From assembly GCA_964230025.1 (NCBI GenBank), contig CAXRFO010000018.1, forward strand, positions 287,824 through 351,823: DNA of 64,000 nucleotides. Direction: 5' to 3'. The DNA is from Flavobacteriales bacterium (GTDB lineage Bacteria; Bacteroidota; Bacteroidia; Flavobacteriales_D; JAUILH01). The translations under genes were made by a program, and so were the position numbers. This document shows, piece after piece, positions 9,922 to 20,306 of the stretch. The first letter of the stretch is position 1, and every line of letters starts with the position of its first letter. Below the pieces are notes generated by a model that was not told the DNA's origin, did no database searches, and saw only the letters and a program-made list of their open reading frames with translations.

Positions 9922-11340
9922 TCATTTTTCTCCTAGAAACCTCTGAATATCAGCATTTTTATCTACCTTGGTTTTCGCCGTTAAGGTAAGTTCATAAGAA
10001 CCATTATGCATAATGCGTACAAAGTAATTATACCTGCCTTTTTTGGCCGTAATCTCACTAATCGTATAACCATTTGCTTTTATGGTATTGGACTTAAACT
10101 CTTCTGGAGACTTTCTGCTCTTCCAACTTGATGTAGCTCGTGAAACTCTTGCAGCCGCTTGTGATTCGGATATGGAACGTTTAAGCTTTATGCCGTACAC
10201 TTGATAACTTACATCTCCATAACTTATATTATACGTTGCATATGAATAGTAGCTATCCGACTTAAGCGTGGGGTCTACACTCATAGGTATTTGAATTGGA
10301 AAGCCAGTATATCTTGAATCCGTTTCAAACCAAGGGATGTTGGCCTGTCTGGCAGGGCTGTTAAATACTTGAATTATTCCAGCTGTAAAGGCATCACCAT
10401 AAGTGGTAATTCCAAATGCTAATTGGTCTCCTTCAGGGTTCCATCGTACCGCATTTCCTCTTGGATTTCTTTCACCTATTGATTGGAGTTCTTTTCCTGT
10501 TTCACCATCATATATTTTAATTGTAAAACCATATTGAAAACCACAAACCGCTAATTGACCTTGCTTATTAATATCCATTGAGCTAGGAAATGAACTACCA
10601 TACTCGGCTTTCCATTCTTGACTTAAATCTGAATATTTATACTTCTCCACCACATCATCCAGCGTCCCTATGTAAAAACTGCTATCATCATTATCCCATT
10701 CAAATGCATTTACATCAGCACTGGTTTTTAATGTTTTTACTTCATTCCAGTCTTTCGTATCGTAAAAATGAACCGCATGATTCTTATTTGCCGTTCCTAC
10801 TGCCAGCAACTTTCCATTTCTAGAAAAATTTAGTTCCACCGGATGCTCTGATGATGTGTTGGCCTTAAAAATAGTTTTAGTTATTTCCTTTTTTTCAGTA
10901 TTAAAAACAACAAGTTTTGAATCAGTATCTCCAGTAGTTAATAAAATAATTTCATTAGTAGATTCGGGAATCCATTTAAGTAAATCAACTCCACCAAATT
11001 GATTACTTACAATTATTTCACTCAAATTATGTGCATTATAAATTCCAAAACCTTTAGAATAATTCGCCACTGCAATCAATGAATCATTTGTAGAAATATC
11101 AAGGTCATGGATGGGCCCATCTTGAACCTTCTTTCTCCAAATTTCCTTTAAATCTGTGTTATTAATTTTTATTAGACTTCCATCAGCACCTGCTGCAATA
11201 ATGGCCTCACCCTTATCAATATAACTAAGATCCCATACCGTTGTTTTACCCGGATAATAAAGAGAACTACTATTTAAAACATCTTGTCCGTAAACTACGG
11301 ATGTAATAATTAAACCAAGGGTAATTGCTAATAATCTCAT
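9922..11340 (-). CDS. Exported WD40 beta-propeller protein with extra C-terminal domain
   Basis: Signal peptide; WD-like blades (AAGADGSL, FSRNGKLLAVG, WNPEGDQLA); basic C-terminal domain of about 140 aa. Confidence 0.75.
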   Translation of the reverse strand: MRLLAITLGLIITSVVYGQDVLNSSSLYYPGKTTVWDLSYIDKGEAIIAAGADGSLIKINNTDLKEIWRKKVQDGPIHDLDISTNDSLIAVANYSKGFGIYNAHNLSEIIVSNQFGGVDLLKWIPESTNEIILLTTGDTDSKLVVFNTEKKEITKTIFKANTSSEHPVELNFSRNGKLLAVGTANKNHAVHFYDTKDWNEVKTLKTSADVNAFEWDNDDSSFYIGTLDDVVEKYKYSDLSQEWKAEYGSSFPSSMDINKQGQLAVCGFQYGFTIKIYDGETGKELQSIGERNPRGNAVRWNPEGDQLAFGITTYGDAFTAGIIQVFNSPARQANIPWFETDSRYTGFPIQIPMSVDPTLKSDSYYSYATYNISYGDVSYQVYGIKLKRSISESQAAARVSRATSSWKSRKSPEEFKSNTIKANGYTISEITAKKGRYNYFVRIMHNGSYELTLTAKTKVDKNADIQRFLGEK

Positions 11341-11432
11341 AGTCCGAATATAGGAAATTTCATGCCAATAATCTCGACTACAATAAAATAGCTATGGTTA
11401 TTCTGACATTTGAATATTACCCTTTAGTCTTT

Positions 11433-11969
11433 CTATTCAGCTGAAATACTCTCGATATAAATCTCAAACTTTTCATCTTTTTTATTCGCTATGAGAATGG
11501 CTATTTCCGTTATCTGATCACCAGAGAAATTGTCCATGTCTAGCTTCCTCCCACGAAAACTTGGGTAAAGCTCATTGAAATCAATTATCACATTTTGCCA
11601 TTCCTTATTCGTCTCAAAATGTTTGATATATGAATAGTAAGTGCCTTTTTTAGATTTTAATCGAAATTGATATCTTTTACCATCCCCCTTAACTCTTAAG
11701 TTAACACACTTAAAATCACTTACATTAATAGCCTTCATTCCCAAGCGAACTGAGGCAAAACCACCGTTATTCTTTGTACTTACTTCCCCTGAAAACTTAG
11801 CATATCCTTCTGAAGAATATTCAAAGCTGCTTTTTGAAACGCCCCCCATAACACCGTCGTTCACAATCTGCCAGGCTTTTATTCTATCAGCTTGGTCGAA
11901 ATCAGCAATGACTAGATTTTCTTCTTTGGGTAAATAAAGCATAGCTAAAAAAATGAGCATAATAATCAT
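11433..11969 (-). CDS. CIA30 family protein
   Basis: WQIVNDGVMGGVS, NNGGFASVR, KGDGKRY, FRGR. Confidence 0.9.
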   Translation of the reverse strand: MIIMLIFLAMLYLPKEENLVIADFDQADRIKAWQIVNDGVMGGVSKSSFEYSSEGYAKFSGEVSTKNNGGFASVRLGMKAINVSDFKCVNLRVKGDGKRYQFRLKSKKGTYYSYIKHFETNKEWQNVIIDFNELYPSFRGRKLDMDNFSGDQITEIAILIANKKDEKFEIYIESISAE

Positions 11970-12003
11970 ACTAAGGGAACACGATTCCCAAAAAAATGTT
12001 CAA

Positions 12004-13161
12004 TTATGCTTTTATTTTGGAGAACATTTCTTCTATCACCTCCTTTAATCCTTGCCAACTAAATCTTTTTTTCTCCTCTTCCATGGCAAGGGAGAATTGC
12101 TCCTCTTTATTTTCATTAAAAAACCTCATGATGTGCCAAGAAATATCTTTCGGAGATTTATTGGTAACAAATCCTACTTTTTCATGAGGCACTATTTCTG
12201 GGAGTCCACCCACATTGGTAACGAGCATTGGCTTATTGAAATGGTAGGCAATTTGACTAATTCCACTTTGAGTAGCTGTTTTATAAGGCTGACAAACCAA
12301 ATCCGCAGCACAGAAGTAATATTTTACTTCTTCATGCGGAATAAAGCAGTTTTTTGAAATTACTAAATCATCGATTCCATGCTCTTCAATAATCTTTGAA
12401 TACTTTTCCTCTTTGTCGTAATACTCACCGGCTATTAGGAGTTTTATTTTATTCTCCTTTGCGAACTTTTTAAAGTCCACTTGTCCAATGGCTTGTAATA
12501 ATAAATCCAAGCCCTTATAATCCCGCACTAAGCCAAAAAACAGAAGATATTTAACATCAGCTTCTAGTTTTAACTTTTCTTTTGCAGAAGTCTTACTTAT
12601 ACTTTCACCGAAATTATCATAGAGTGGATGAGGGTACATAGCTTTGGGCTTGACATCATCAAAACTTTTAATATCATTCAGAACCTGATCGCTCATCGCA
12701 ATCCACCCGTCCACTTGTTTTACAAAGTAACGTGTAAACATCTTATCCCCAGGTCTATTTTCATGAGGTATCATGTTATCGACCAGTGCAATTATCTTGG
12801 CGTCTGATTTCTTTCTGATTTTCTTCAAAATAGTTCCCAATGCAGGTCCCATAAAGGGTAGCCAAAATTTTACGATAACCAAATCTGGATTCGTTTTGGC
12901 TATTTTATTTCCAACTTTTCTCCAGTTAATAGGATTTATACTATTAATACAAGAATCAATCTTTAAATCTTTTGGGCCTTCACCTTCTCGAAATTGGGTC
13001 TTCCCGGGGAATAGTATTTTTGGATATTGAAGTTTATAAGAATATAAAGTTATATCATAACCTTGGTTTTGCAATTCTTTAGCTAGTCGTTCGTTAAAAT
13101 CAGAAATACCTCCTCTTAGGGGGTGAGCGGGACCAATAAAAGCTATGCTTTTAAAGCCCAT
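12004..13161 (-). CDS. Glycosyltransferase family 4
   Basis: RGGI, FFGLVRDYKGLD, PYKTATQSG, VGGLPEIV. Confidence 0.9.
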   Translation of the reverse strand: MGFKSIAFIGPAHPLRGGISDFNERLAKELQNQGYDITLYSYKLQYPKILFPGKTQFREGEGPKDLKIDSCINSINPINWRKVGNKIAKTNPDLVIVKFWLPFMGPALGTILKKIRKKSDAKIIALVDNMIPHENRPGDKMFTRYFVKQVDGWIAMSDQVLNDIKSFDDVKPKAMYPHPLYDNFGESISKTSAKEKLKLEADVKYLLFFGLVRDYKGLDLLLQAIGQVDFKKFAKENKIKLLIAGEYYDKEEKYSKIIEEHGIDDLVISKNCFIPHEEVKYYFCAADLVCQPYKTATQSGISQIAYHFNKPMLVTNVGGLPEIVPHEKVGFVTNKSPKDISWHIMRFFNENKEEQFSLAMEEEKKRFSWQGLKEVIEEMFSKIKA

Positions 13162-14107
13162 TTAATTTCTTTTCTATTTGATATTCTTCCTTACTAGCTT
13201 TATTTCTAATGATAAGCTCGGCAATAAATCCTGTAAGAAATAACTGAGACCCTATAATCATGCACAACAAACCAAGGAAAAACAAAGGTCTATCAGTCAT
13301 GTTATAGGCCTGCATAAAGATCTTTGAAATGGCAAAATACAAAGCAATTCCAAATCCAATGAAAAAGAAAATTGTTCCCCAAAGACCAAAAAAGTGCATG
13401 GGTTTTTTACCAAACTTGGAGATAAAGGTTATCGTGAAGAGGTCTAGAAAACCATTCACAAAACGATTCATTCCGAACTTAGAAACACCATATTTTCTAG
13501 CCTGGTGCTTAACTACTTTTTCGCCAATGTTTCCAAAACCTTTCCATTTTGCAATCACAGGTATGTAGCGGTGCATTTCTCCCTGAACCTCAATGTTTTT
13601 GACTACCTCATTTTTATATGCCTTCAAGCCGCAATTAAAATCATGAAGCTTGATACCACTCATTCTGCGCGTAGTCCAATTGTAGACTTTAGAAGTCTTA
13701 TTTTTAATAAATGAATCAAAGCGCTCTTTTTTCCAACCGGAAACAATATCGTAACCCTCCTTCATTATCATGGTATGAAGCTCAGGTATTTCATCAGGGC
13801 TATCCTGTAAGTCAGCATCCATGGTAATAACAACATCACCTTTCGCCAAGCCAAATCCTACGTCTAATGCAGCCGACTTTCCGTAGTTTCTTCTGAATTT
13901 TATAGCCTTACAACTTGGATTAGATTGACTCAAGCTTTCGATAATTTCCCATGATTTATCAGTACTTCCATCGTCAATAAATAGGATTTCATAAGCTAAG
14001 GATTGTTTTTTACAAACCCTGTCAATCCAGTCATGTAACTCCTGCAAGGATTCTTCCTCATTGAGTAATGGTATAACCAATGAAATGTCTATGCTCTGAT
14101 CACTCAT
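13151..14107 (-). CDS. Glycosyltransferase family 2 (polyprenyl-phosphate glycosyltransferase, ArnC/DPM-like)
   Basis: IPLLNEE, DDGSTD, MDADLQD, DFNCGLK, two C-terminal TM helices. Confidence 0.9.
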   Translation of the reverse strand: MSDQSIDISLVIPLLNEEESLQELHDWIDRVCKKQSLAYEILFIDDGSTDKSWEIIESLSQSNPSCKAIKFRRNYGKSAALDVGFGLAKGDVVITMDADLQDSPDEIPELHTMIMKEGYDIVSGWKKERFDSFIKNKTSKVYNWTTRRMSGIKLHDFNCGLKAYKNEVVKNIEVQGEMHRYIPVIAKWKGFGNIGEKVVKHQARKYGVSKFGMNRFVNGFLDLFTITFISKFGKKPMHFFGLWGTIFFFIGFGIALYFAISKIFMQAYNMTDRPLFFLGLLCMIIGSQLFLTGFIAELIIRNKASKEEYQIEKKLNGL

Positions 14108-14185
14108 GCGGCCGTGAAGTTAGCAAAAAGTCATTCAAATTTGGTCATTAAACTTATACGATATTGATTAAAACATGTTAAAGCA

Positions 14186-14749
14186 CTATAGAAAACAGCT
14201 TTTAAGACTATTCCAAAATAGAATATACGTCCCGAAAAGAGTGCAAACAGCCATGAAAATTCCTAAGAAAAAAATCGACTTTTTCATCCGAACTACCCCT
14301 GCAACATAATACATGAGATCAGAAGGAACAAAGGGGGTGATTCCCCATATATAAACCGTCCAAAATCCGACATTCTTCTTATTTAAAACAGCCCTCATTT
14401 TATCAATTTGTTTTGGGAACCTCTTTTTAAAAAAGGAATCGAATCCCAGAATATGGGCATACTCATAATGTACGTAAGATGATAACATTACTGTGAGAAT
14501 CATGGTTAAATACACAAACCAAGAGCTATCTATAAACACAATCATTCCGGCAATAAAAAATGTAGTTGCAGGAATTAAGGTAAGTGCCCTAAGGGTGCAT
14601 AGACCAAAATATATTATTGCAGCGGTTTTATAATTTCCAGCGACTGCTTCTTGAATTCTACTTACACTGAGCAGGTCTGGGAAAAAGATTAACAAAACTG
14701 CTACTCCTAGCAAGCTCAGCCACCAAAAATATTGTATGGCTTTTTGCAA
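14186..14749 (-). CDS. VTT/TVP38 (DedA superfamily) membrane protein
   Basis: Hydrophobic, with LIPAT and ITPFVPSDLMYYVAG motifs; TTG start abuts the prfC stop. Confidence 0.75.
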   Translation of the reverse strand: MQKAIQYFWWLSLLGVAVLLIFFPDLLSVSRIQEAVAGNYKTAAIIYFGLCTLRALTLIPATTFFIAGMIVFIDSSWFVYLTMILTVMLSSYVHYEYAHILGFDSFFKKRFPKQIDKMRAVLNKKNVGFWTVYIWGITPFVPSDLMYYVAGVVRMKKSIFFLGIFMAVCTLFGTYILFWNSLKSCFL

Positions 14750-16339
14750 TTAATTCAATTTAAACTCACTGGTGTGATGGAACTCAATATCGGGGTAATC
14801 AGTTTTCGCCATCTGCAACAAGAAGGGAGATTCCGCCAAGAATACATCCAAGTCGTCCTTATCTTTTGCGATATACTGTGCTTTAACCTTTTTAAACTGC
14901 TCTAACTGCGCCTCATTATCTGAAGTAATCCAACAAGCCATGTGGTAGTTACGCGCAACGAATTCACATTTAGCTCCATATTCATGCTCTAACCGATATT
15001 GAATAACCTCAAACTGAAGTGCTCCTACAGTACCAACTATTCTTCTGTTTCCAGGTTGTAAGGTAAACAACTGGGCAACTCCCTCATCGGTTAATTGCTG
15101 AATCCCTTTCTCAAGCTGCTTGGACTTCATGGGGTCTTTATTTTGTAGTTCACGGAACATTTCAGGAGAAAATGAAGGTATACCTTTAAACATGAAATCC
15201 GTACCCTCCGTAAGAGTATCACCAATTTTAAAATTACCACTGTCATACAAACCAATAACGTCTCCTGGCCATGCCTCATCAATAACACTTTTATCTTGTG
15301 CCATGAAACTTGTGGGGTTAGAAAACTTCATTTTTTTGTCCAATCGGATATGCTTGTAAAAGGTATTTCTCTCAAACTTACCTGAACAAATTCTTAGAAA
15401 GGCAATTCGATCCCTGTGCTTAGGGTCAAGGTTTGCATGTATTTTAAACACGAAACCACTAAATTCCTTATCCAAAGGTGCAATTTCACCTTGGTCAGTA
15501 GGTCGCGCCTGTGGAAAAGGTGAAATTCGAATAAAGGTGTTCAATAATTCTTGAACTCCGAAATTATTCACAGCCGACCCAAAAAATACAGGTGCCACAT
15601 TTCCTGATAAATAATCTTCTTCGGAAAACTCATCGTAAACTCCCTCAATTAATTCCACGTCTTCTCTCAGTTGTCCAGCAGCTTGCTCTCCAATCATCTC
15701 ATCGATTTTAGGACTATCAATGGAGTCAATGTTTGTCACTTCATCCTCGATTTTTGTCTTATTCGCTGAGAAAAGATTTAAGTTCTTATCGAACATATTG
15801 TAAACACCTTGAAAAGTAGATCCAATTCCAATAGGCCAAGTCAAGGGTCGAGTTTGTATATCCAATTTATCCTCTAGCTCTTCTAACAAATCAAATGGAT
15901 CCTGACCTTCCAAATCAAGTTTGTTAATGAAGATAATAACCGGTGTTTTCCTCATTCGGCAAACTTCCATGAGCTTTTCTGTTTGGGCCTCAACACCATT
16001 TGCACAGTCAACAACAAGGATAACTGAATCAACCGCCGTGAGTGTCCTGTAGGTGTCTTCTGCAAAATCTTTGTGACCTGGTGTATCCAAAATATTAATT
16101 TTCACACCATTGTAATTGAAGGCCATAACAGATGTGGCTACCGAAATCCCTCTTTGTTTTTCGATCTCCATAAAATCGGAAGTAGCTGCCTTTTTTATCT
16201 TGTTGTTTTTAACAGCTCCTGCAGTTTGGATTGCTCCACCAAAAAGCAGTAGCTTTTCAGTTAAAGTAGTCTTACCAGCATCCGGGTGACTAATAATTCC
16301 AAATGTCCTTCTTTTCTTTATTTCGCTAGCCTTACTCAT
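14750..16339 (-). CDS. prfC: Peptide chain release factor 3
   Basis: [44 protein letters not shown] start at 16339. Confidence 0.98.
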   Translation of the reverse strand: MSKASEIKKRRTFGIISHPDAGKTTLTEKLLLFGGAIQTAGAVKNNKIKKAATSDFMEIEKQRGISVATSVMAFNYNGVKINILDTPGHKDFAEDTYRTLTAVDSVILVVDCANGVEAQTEKLMEVCRMRKTPVIIFINKLDLEGQDPFDLLEELEDKLDIQTRPLTWPIGIGSTFQGVYNMFDKNLNLFSANKTKIEDEVTNIDSIDSPKIDEMIGEQAAGQLREDVELIEGVYDEFSEEDYLSGNVAPVFFGSAVNNFGVQELLNTFIRISPFPQARPTDQGEIAPLDKEFSGFVFKIHANLDPKHRDRIAFLRICSGKFERNTFYKHIRLDKKMKFSNPTSFMAQDKSVIDEAWPGDVIGLYDSGNFKIGDTLTEGTDFMFKGIPSFSPEMFRELQNKDPMKSKQLEKGIQQLTDEGVAQLFTLQPGNRRIVGTVGALQFEVIQYRLEHEYGAKCEFVARNYHMACWITSDNEAQLEQFKKVKAQYIAKDKDDLDVFLAESPFLLQMAKTDYPDIEFHHTSEFKLN

Positions 16340-16403
16340 TGGGCGCAAAGATAGCCAATCGTTTCTAAGAATTTAACCCAGAAAAGGGTATATTTGAATA
16401 AGA

Positions 16404-18221
16404 ATGCCTTTAAATTTAAAGTTTATAGCGATTTTGATAAGTGTTTTGACGTGCTGCGTAGTACAGGCACAAACCAGTACTGATAGCACGGAATACCGCA
16501 GGTATATGGATAGTTCAAGAGCTCTTCAGTATCAAAATCCAAAAGAAGCAATACGCTGGGCAGAAAAAGCAAGTTACCAAGCTGGTAAATCAGGACTTAC
16601 CCTAAGTCGTGGACATGCTGAGTTTCAAATTGCTAGGTTATACACTGCCCAAGGAGAAACAAAAACGGCTAAAGAGCATGCACTACGTGCGGTCAAAATT
16701 TATGAAGAAAATGATTTCGATCAGGGTCTACAAAAAGTATTACTAAACCTTGGCCATATGCACATTAAAGAAAGGAATTTTGTGCAAGGCGAGCAATACT
16801 ATAGAGATGCCCTTATCATTGCGCAAAAATTGGATGACACGCTATCTCAAGGATATATTTATCAGGGACTAGGAAATAGATTCTATTTTGAAGACAGCCT
16901 GGAAGAAGCCACAAAATATATGCTCTTGTCAGAAGAAAAATTGTTGAGTTTGAACAAAACTTCACTTCTTGGAGGTCTGTACGTAAACCTAGGAAATATT
17001 CAGCAAAATCTTGACCAACTTGGAAATGCGAAAGACTATTATGAGAAGGCCTATGAGATATTCCTAGAAAGTAATGACATGATTAAGCAAGCTATAGTTG
17101 CCTACAACCTAGGGGATATTGAGCTTAAGCGAAATCATGATCAAAAGGCACTTTTCTGGTATCAAAAGGTTTTAGATATTGGTAATGAGACAAAAAGTGT
17201 TGAAGACATTAAGTACGGTTATTTAGGACTCTCTAAAGCATATGAGAATATGGGGAGCTATGTTTCTGCATTTGATTGTTTGGAAAAGTATCATCATCTA
17301 AAAGACAGCATTAATGACCTCAATCAGCAAATTAAAGTGGATGAATTGGAGGCAAAATATCTTCGAGAAAAAAAGGATAAAGAAGTCGCCGAAAAGAACA
17401 AGCAAATGATGGAGGATCTCCTTAAGAAGGAAGAGTTAATTAAGAAAAAGGACCAACGACTGGACAAAGAGAGCAAAACAAGAAACTATTTGATCAGTGC
17501 AGGTGCTATTTTATTACTCCTCCTCATCATAACCTACTTAACCAATCAACGCATTAAAAGAAGGAATCAACTGATAAAAGACCAAAATAAATTAATCGAT
17601 AAAAACCTTAAAGAAAAGGAAATCCTTTTGAAGGAAATACATCACAGGGTAAAGAATAATCTGCAGATGATTTCAAGTTTACTCAACCTTCAAATGCACT
17701 CTATTGAATCTGATGAAGCGCGCTATGCACTTGAAGATAGTATGGGAAGGGTAAGAGCCATAGCTAGTGTACATACCAAGCTGTACAATAATGAAAACTT
17801 GGCTTTTATTAATATTAGGGAGTACTTATCAGATTTGGTTTCGCAACAATTTCCAACGGATAAAAAAGGAAGAAATATTAACTACAAATTAGATGTGGCT
17901 AACCATGAAATTAGTTTGGATACAGCAGTGCCTCTAGGACTTATAATTAGTGAGCTCATCTCTAATAGTTTGAAACATGCCTTTGATGATACGGAGAATC
18001 CTGAAATAACCATTATCCTTCAGCATACTGATGGAGATGAGTGTCGCTTGGGTTTTAGAGATAATGGGGCTGGTTTAGACGAAGACTTTAACAAAAGTGA
18101 GACAAACTCACTTGGATTTGAGATTGTTTACACTCTATCAGAGCAGCTAGATGGTAAATTTACCGTTAACAAAGTTGAACGTGGAGTTCATTTCACACTG
18201 GATTTTCATCAGCAGCACTAA
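16404..18221 (+). CDS. TPR-sensor histidine kinase (HisKA_2 type)
   Basis: Signal peptide, TPR repeats, TM helix, KEIHHRVKNNLQ H-box, ELISNSLKHAF N-box, DNGAG, SLG. Confidence 0.92.
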   Translation: MPLNLKFIAILISVLTCCVVQAQTSTDSTEYRRYMDSSRALQYQNPKEAIRWAEKASYQAGKSGLTLSRGHAEFQIARLYTAQGETKTAKEHALRAVKIYEENDFDQGLQKVLLNLGHMHIKERNFVQGEQYYRDALIIAQKLDDTLSQGYIYQGLGNRFYFEDSLEEATKYMLLSEEKLLSLNKTSLLGGLYVNLGNIQQNLDQLGNAKDYYEKAYEIFLESNDMIKQAIVAYNLGDIELKRNHDQKALFWYQKVLDIGNETKSVEDIKYGYLGLSKAYENMGSYVSAFDCLEKYHHLKDSINDLNQQIKVDELEAKYLREKKDKEVAEKNKQMMEDLLKKEELIKKKDQRLDKESKTRNYLISAGAILLLLLIITYLTNQRIKRRNQLIKDQNKLIDKNLKEKEILLKEIHHRVKNNLQMISSLLNLQMHSIESDEARYALEDSMGRVRAIASVHTKLYNNENLAFINIREYLSDLVSQQFPTDKKGRNINYKLDVANHEISLDTAVPLGLIISELISNSLKHAFDDTENPEITIILQHTDGDECRLGFRDNGAGLDEDFNKSETNSLGFEIVYTLSEQLDGKFTVNKVERGVHFTLDFHQQH

Positions 18222-18250
18222 AAGACGTACCTTTGCGCAAAATTTCTGCT

Positions 18251-19366
18251 ATGGCAACTTTTCAAGAACTTGGAATAACCGGTTCATATATCAAAGCTCT
18301 GAAGGATTTAGACATCAAAACTCCTACAAGAATTCAAGAACAAGCTATCCCGGCCTTGTTGGATGAGTCCGGTGACTTTATTGGTCAAGGACAAACTGGA
18401 ACGGGTAAAACAGCTGCCTTTGGACTTCCGATTTTAAATTTAATTGAGCCCGATGAAAAGTACATTCAAGCCATTATTCTCTGCCCAACTCGAGAACTAG
18501 GCAAACAAATTGCCAAGCAATTATTTCGTTTTACTAAATATGGCAAAAAGATATTTACTGAAGCCGTTTATGGGGGAGAAAAGATTGACAAGCAAATTGA
18601 CCGTTTAAAAAGACCTACGCACATTATCGTTGCTACTCCAGGTCGTCTTAAAGACCTCATGGAAAGAAAGGACATTGATATTAGCAAGGTTCGTTACGTA
18701 ATACTTGATGAGGCAGATGAGATGCTAAAAATGGGTTTTAAAGAAGAAGTTTTTAATATCCTAAGGGGTATAGAAAACCGACAAAGAACATGGCTTTTTT
18801 CGGCTACTTTCCCATCTGGGGTTAATCAGATTATTGAACGCTTCATGGATCCCAACGCTACTCGTATCAACGTAAAGAAGGATGATGTTGTAAACGAAAA
18901 TATTGAACACCAATTTGTTGTTTGTGAGCCAAATGAGAAATTCTTGACCCTTCGTGAATTCCTAAAAGCCATGAAGAAACAAAAGGGAATCATTTTCACA
19001 CGAACTAAGGCAAGCGCGAATGAAGTTCATTTAAGACTGCAAGAAAGCGGAGTAGATTCTGAGGTAATTCACGGTGATTTGGACCAGAAAGAAAGAGACA
19101 AGGCCATGCGCGCCTTTAAAAATAGAGGCAGCCAGATTATGGTAGCTACGGACCTAAGCGCTCGGGGTATCGACATTAAAAATTTAGCCTTTGTTGCTCA
19201 TTATGAATTGCCCGATCAAAGTGACTATTATACTCACCGCTCTGGTCGAACGGCAAGGGGAGGAGCTAGGGGTATTTCAATTGCATTTGTAAGCTATAAT
19301 GAAATTAAAGCCTTGCGCGATTACGAGCGAGTTTTGAATATCGAGTTTAGGCAGTTGAAAGGATAA
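18251..19366 (+). CDS. DEAD-box RNA helicase (core only)
   Basis: Q motif, QTGTGKT, PTREL, TPGR, DEAD, SAT, ARGID, HRSGRTAR. ATG at 18251 follows TACCTTTG. Confidence 0.95.
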   Translation: MATFQELGITGSYIKALKDLDIKTPTRIQEQAIPALLDESGDFIGQGQTGTGKTAAFGLPILNLIEPDEKYIQAIILCPTRELGKQIAKQLFRFTKYGKKIFTEAVYGGEKIDKQIDRLKRPTHIIVATPGRLKDLMERKDIDISKVRYVILDEADEMLKMGFKEEVFNILRGIENRQRTWLFSATFPSGVNQIIERFMDPNATRINVKKDDVVNENIEHQFVVCEPNEKFLTLREFLKAMKKQKGIIFTRTKASANEVHLRLQESGVDSEVIHGDLDQKERDKAMRAFKNRGSQIMVATDLSARGIDIKNLAFVAHYELPDQSDYYTHRSGRTARGGARGISIAFVSYNEIKALRDYERVLNIEFRQLKG

Positions 19367-19373
19367 TTTTGAC

Positions 19374-20297
19374 TTAAAGCTCTCTCATCAAAAGCTTATA
19401 CATATCCACCATTGCTTTAATGTCAGATTTATAAACCAATTCATCAGGACTGTGGACATTGCTTTCAGGAGCACCAATAAACATCCAGTCTACCGGATAA
19501 TGTGATTTCTGAATCTGGTTGCCATCGGAACCACCCGATTTTTCTACTTCCAATTGAAATGGAATATCACTTTTTTCAGCGATATCAATGATGCGATTTA
19601 AATAGGGTTTTCTGGGGATTCCTGAATCTCTGAGACTCAATGCAACACCATTTCCATGGAGCACGCCGTCGGTAACCCATGTTATATCGGATATTAGACT
19701 TTGTCTTATACCGTATTTCTCAAATAAATAACCGCACAAATACCCAATGGAACCACCACCAACTTCTTCCCATGCAGAAAATACGATTGCTCCATCCTCA
19801 AGTGTTTCGGCAACTTTTAGGGCATTCCATATACCTAAGCGGTTATCCATATAACAGCATTGAACGGCTTCATCAGTTTCTCTCCAATTTGGTTTATAGG
19901 CTAACTGAGTACCACGGTCAATGGTTCTATCAAATATGGCTTTAAATGTTTTGCGCCCATCTTCGTCCTCCATGACCATTAACTCACATTCCACAACGCC
20001 TTGGCTATCTTCACCCCAAAGAATTGTTCCTTCTTGTGCACTAGGACCACCAACTTTGACGAGTTCATTATCATACCCTGCACAATATCCAACGGAATCC
20101 ATGTGGGCATATATTGCTGTTCTTGGTTTTCCAAAAACAAGAATTAAACAGTCCTGAAAATCATCACCGTAAATAAGTTTTGGCTGCACTTTCCAACTTT
20201 GCGCATTCATATTTACATAAGAAATAAGGGCATCTCTCATTCCTTTTTCGTCTCCACTTAACGCATGGATAGAGCATAGATTTTTAAGAAGTTCCAT
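19374..20297 (-). CDS. M42/M28-type dinuclear metallo-aminopeptidase
   Basis: AHMD, DNR, WEEVG, DIT, GGSDG, VHSPDE. Confidence 0.85.
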   Translation of the reverse strand: MELLKNLCSIHALSGDEKGMRDALISYVNMNAQSWKVQPKLIYGDDFQDCLILVFGKPRTAIYAHMDSVGYCAGYDNELVKVGGPSAQEGTILWGEDSQGVVECELMVMEDEDGRKTFKAIFDRTIDRGTQLAYKPNWRETDEAVQCCYMDNRLGIWNALKVAETLEDGAIVFSAWEEVGGGSIGYLCGYLFEKYGIRQSLISDITWVTDGVLHGNGVALSLRDSGIPRKPYLNRIIDIAEKSDIPFQLEVEKSGGSDGNQIQKSHYPVDWMFIGAPESNVHSPDELVYKSDIKAMVDMYKLLMREL

Positions 20298-20306
20298 TAA
20301 TAAATT

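Noticed and set aside
18251-19366. DEAD-box helicase as a truncated pseudogene (no C-terminal RNA-binding domain)
   Set aside because: All core motifs are intact and the ORF ends cleanly; minimal DEAD-box proteins are common.
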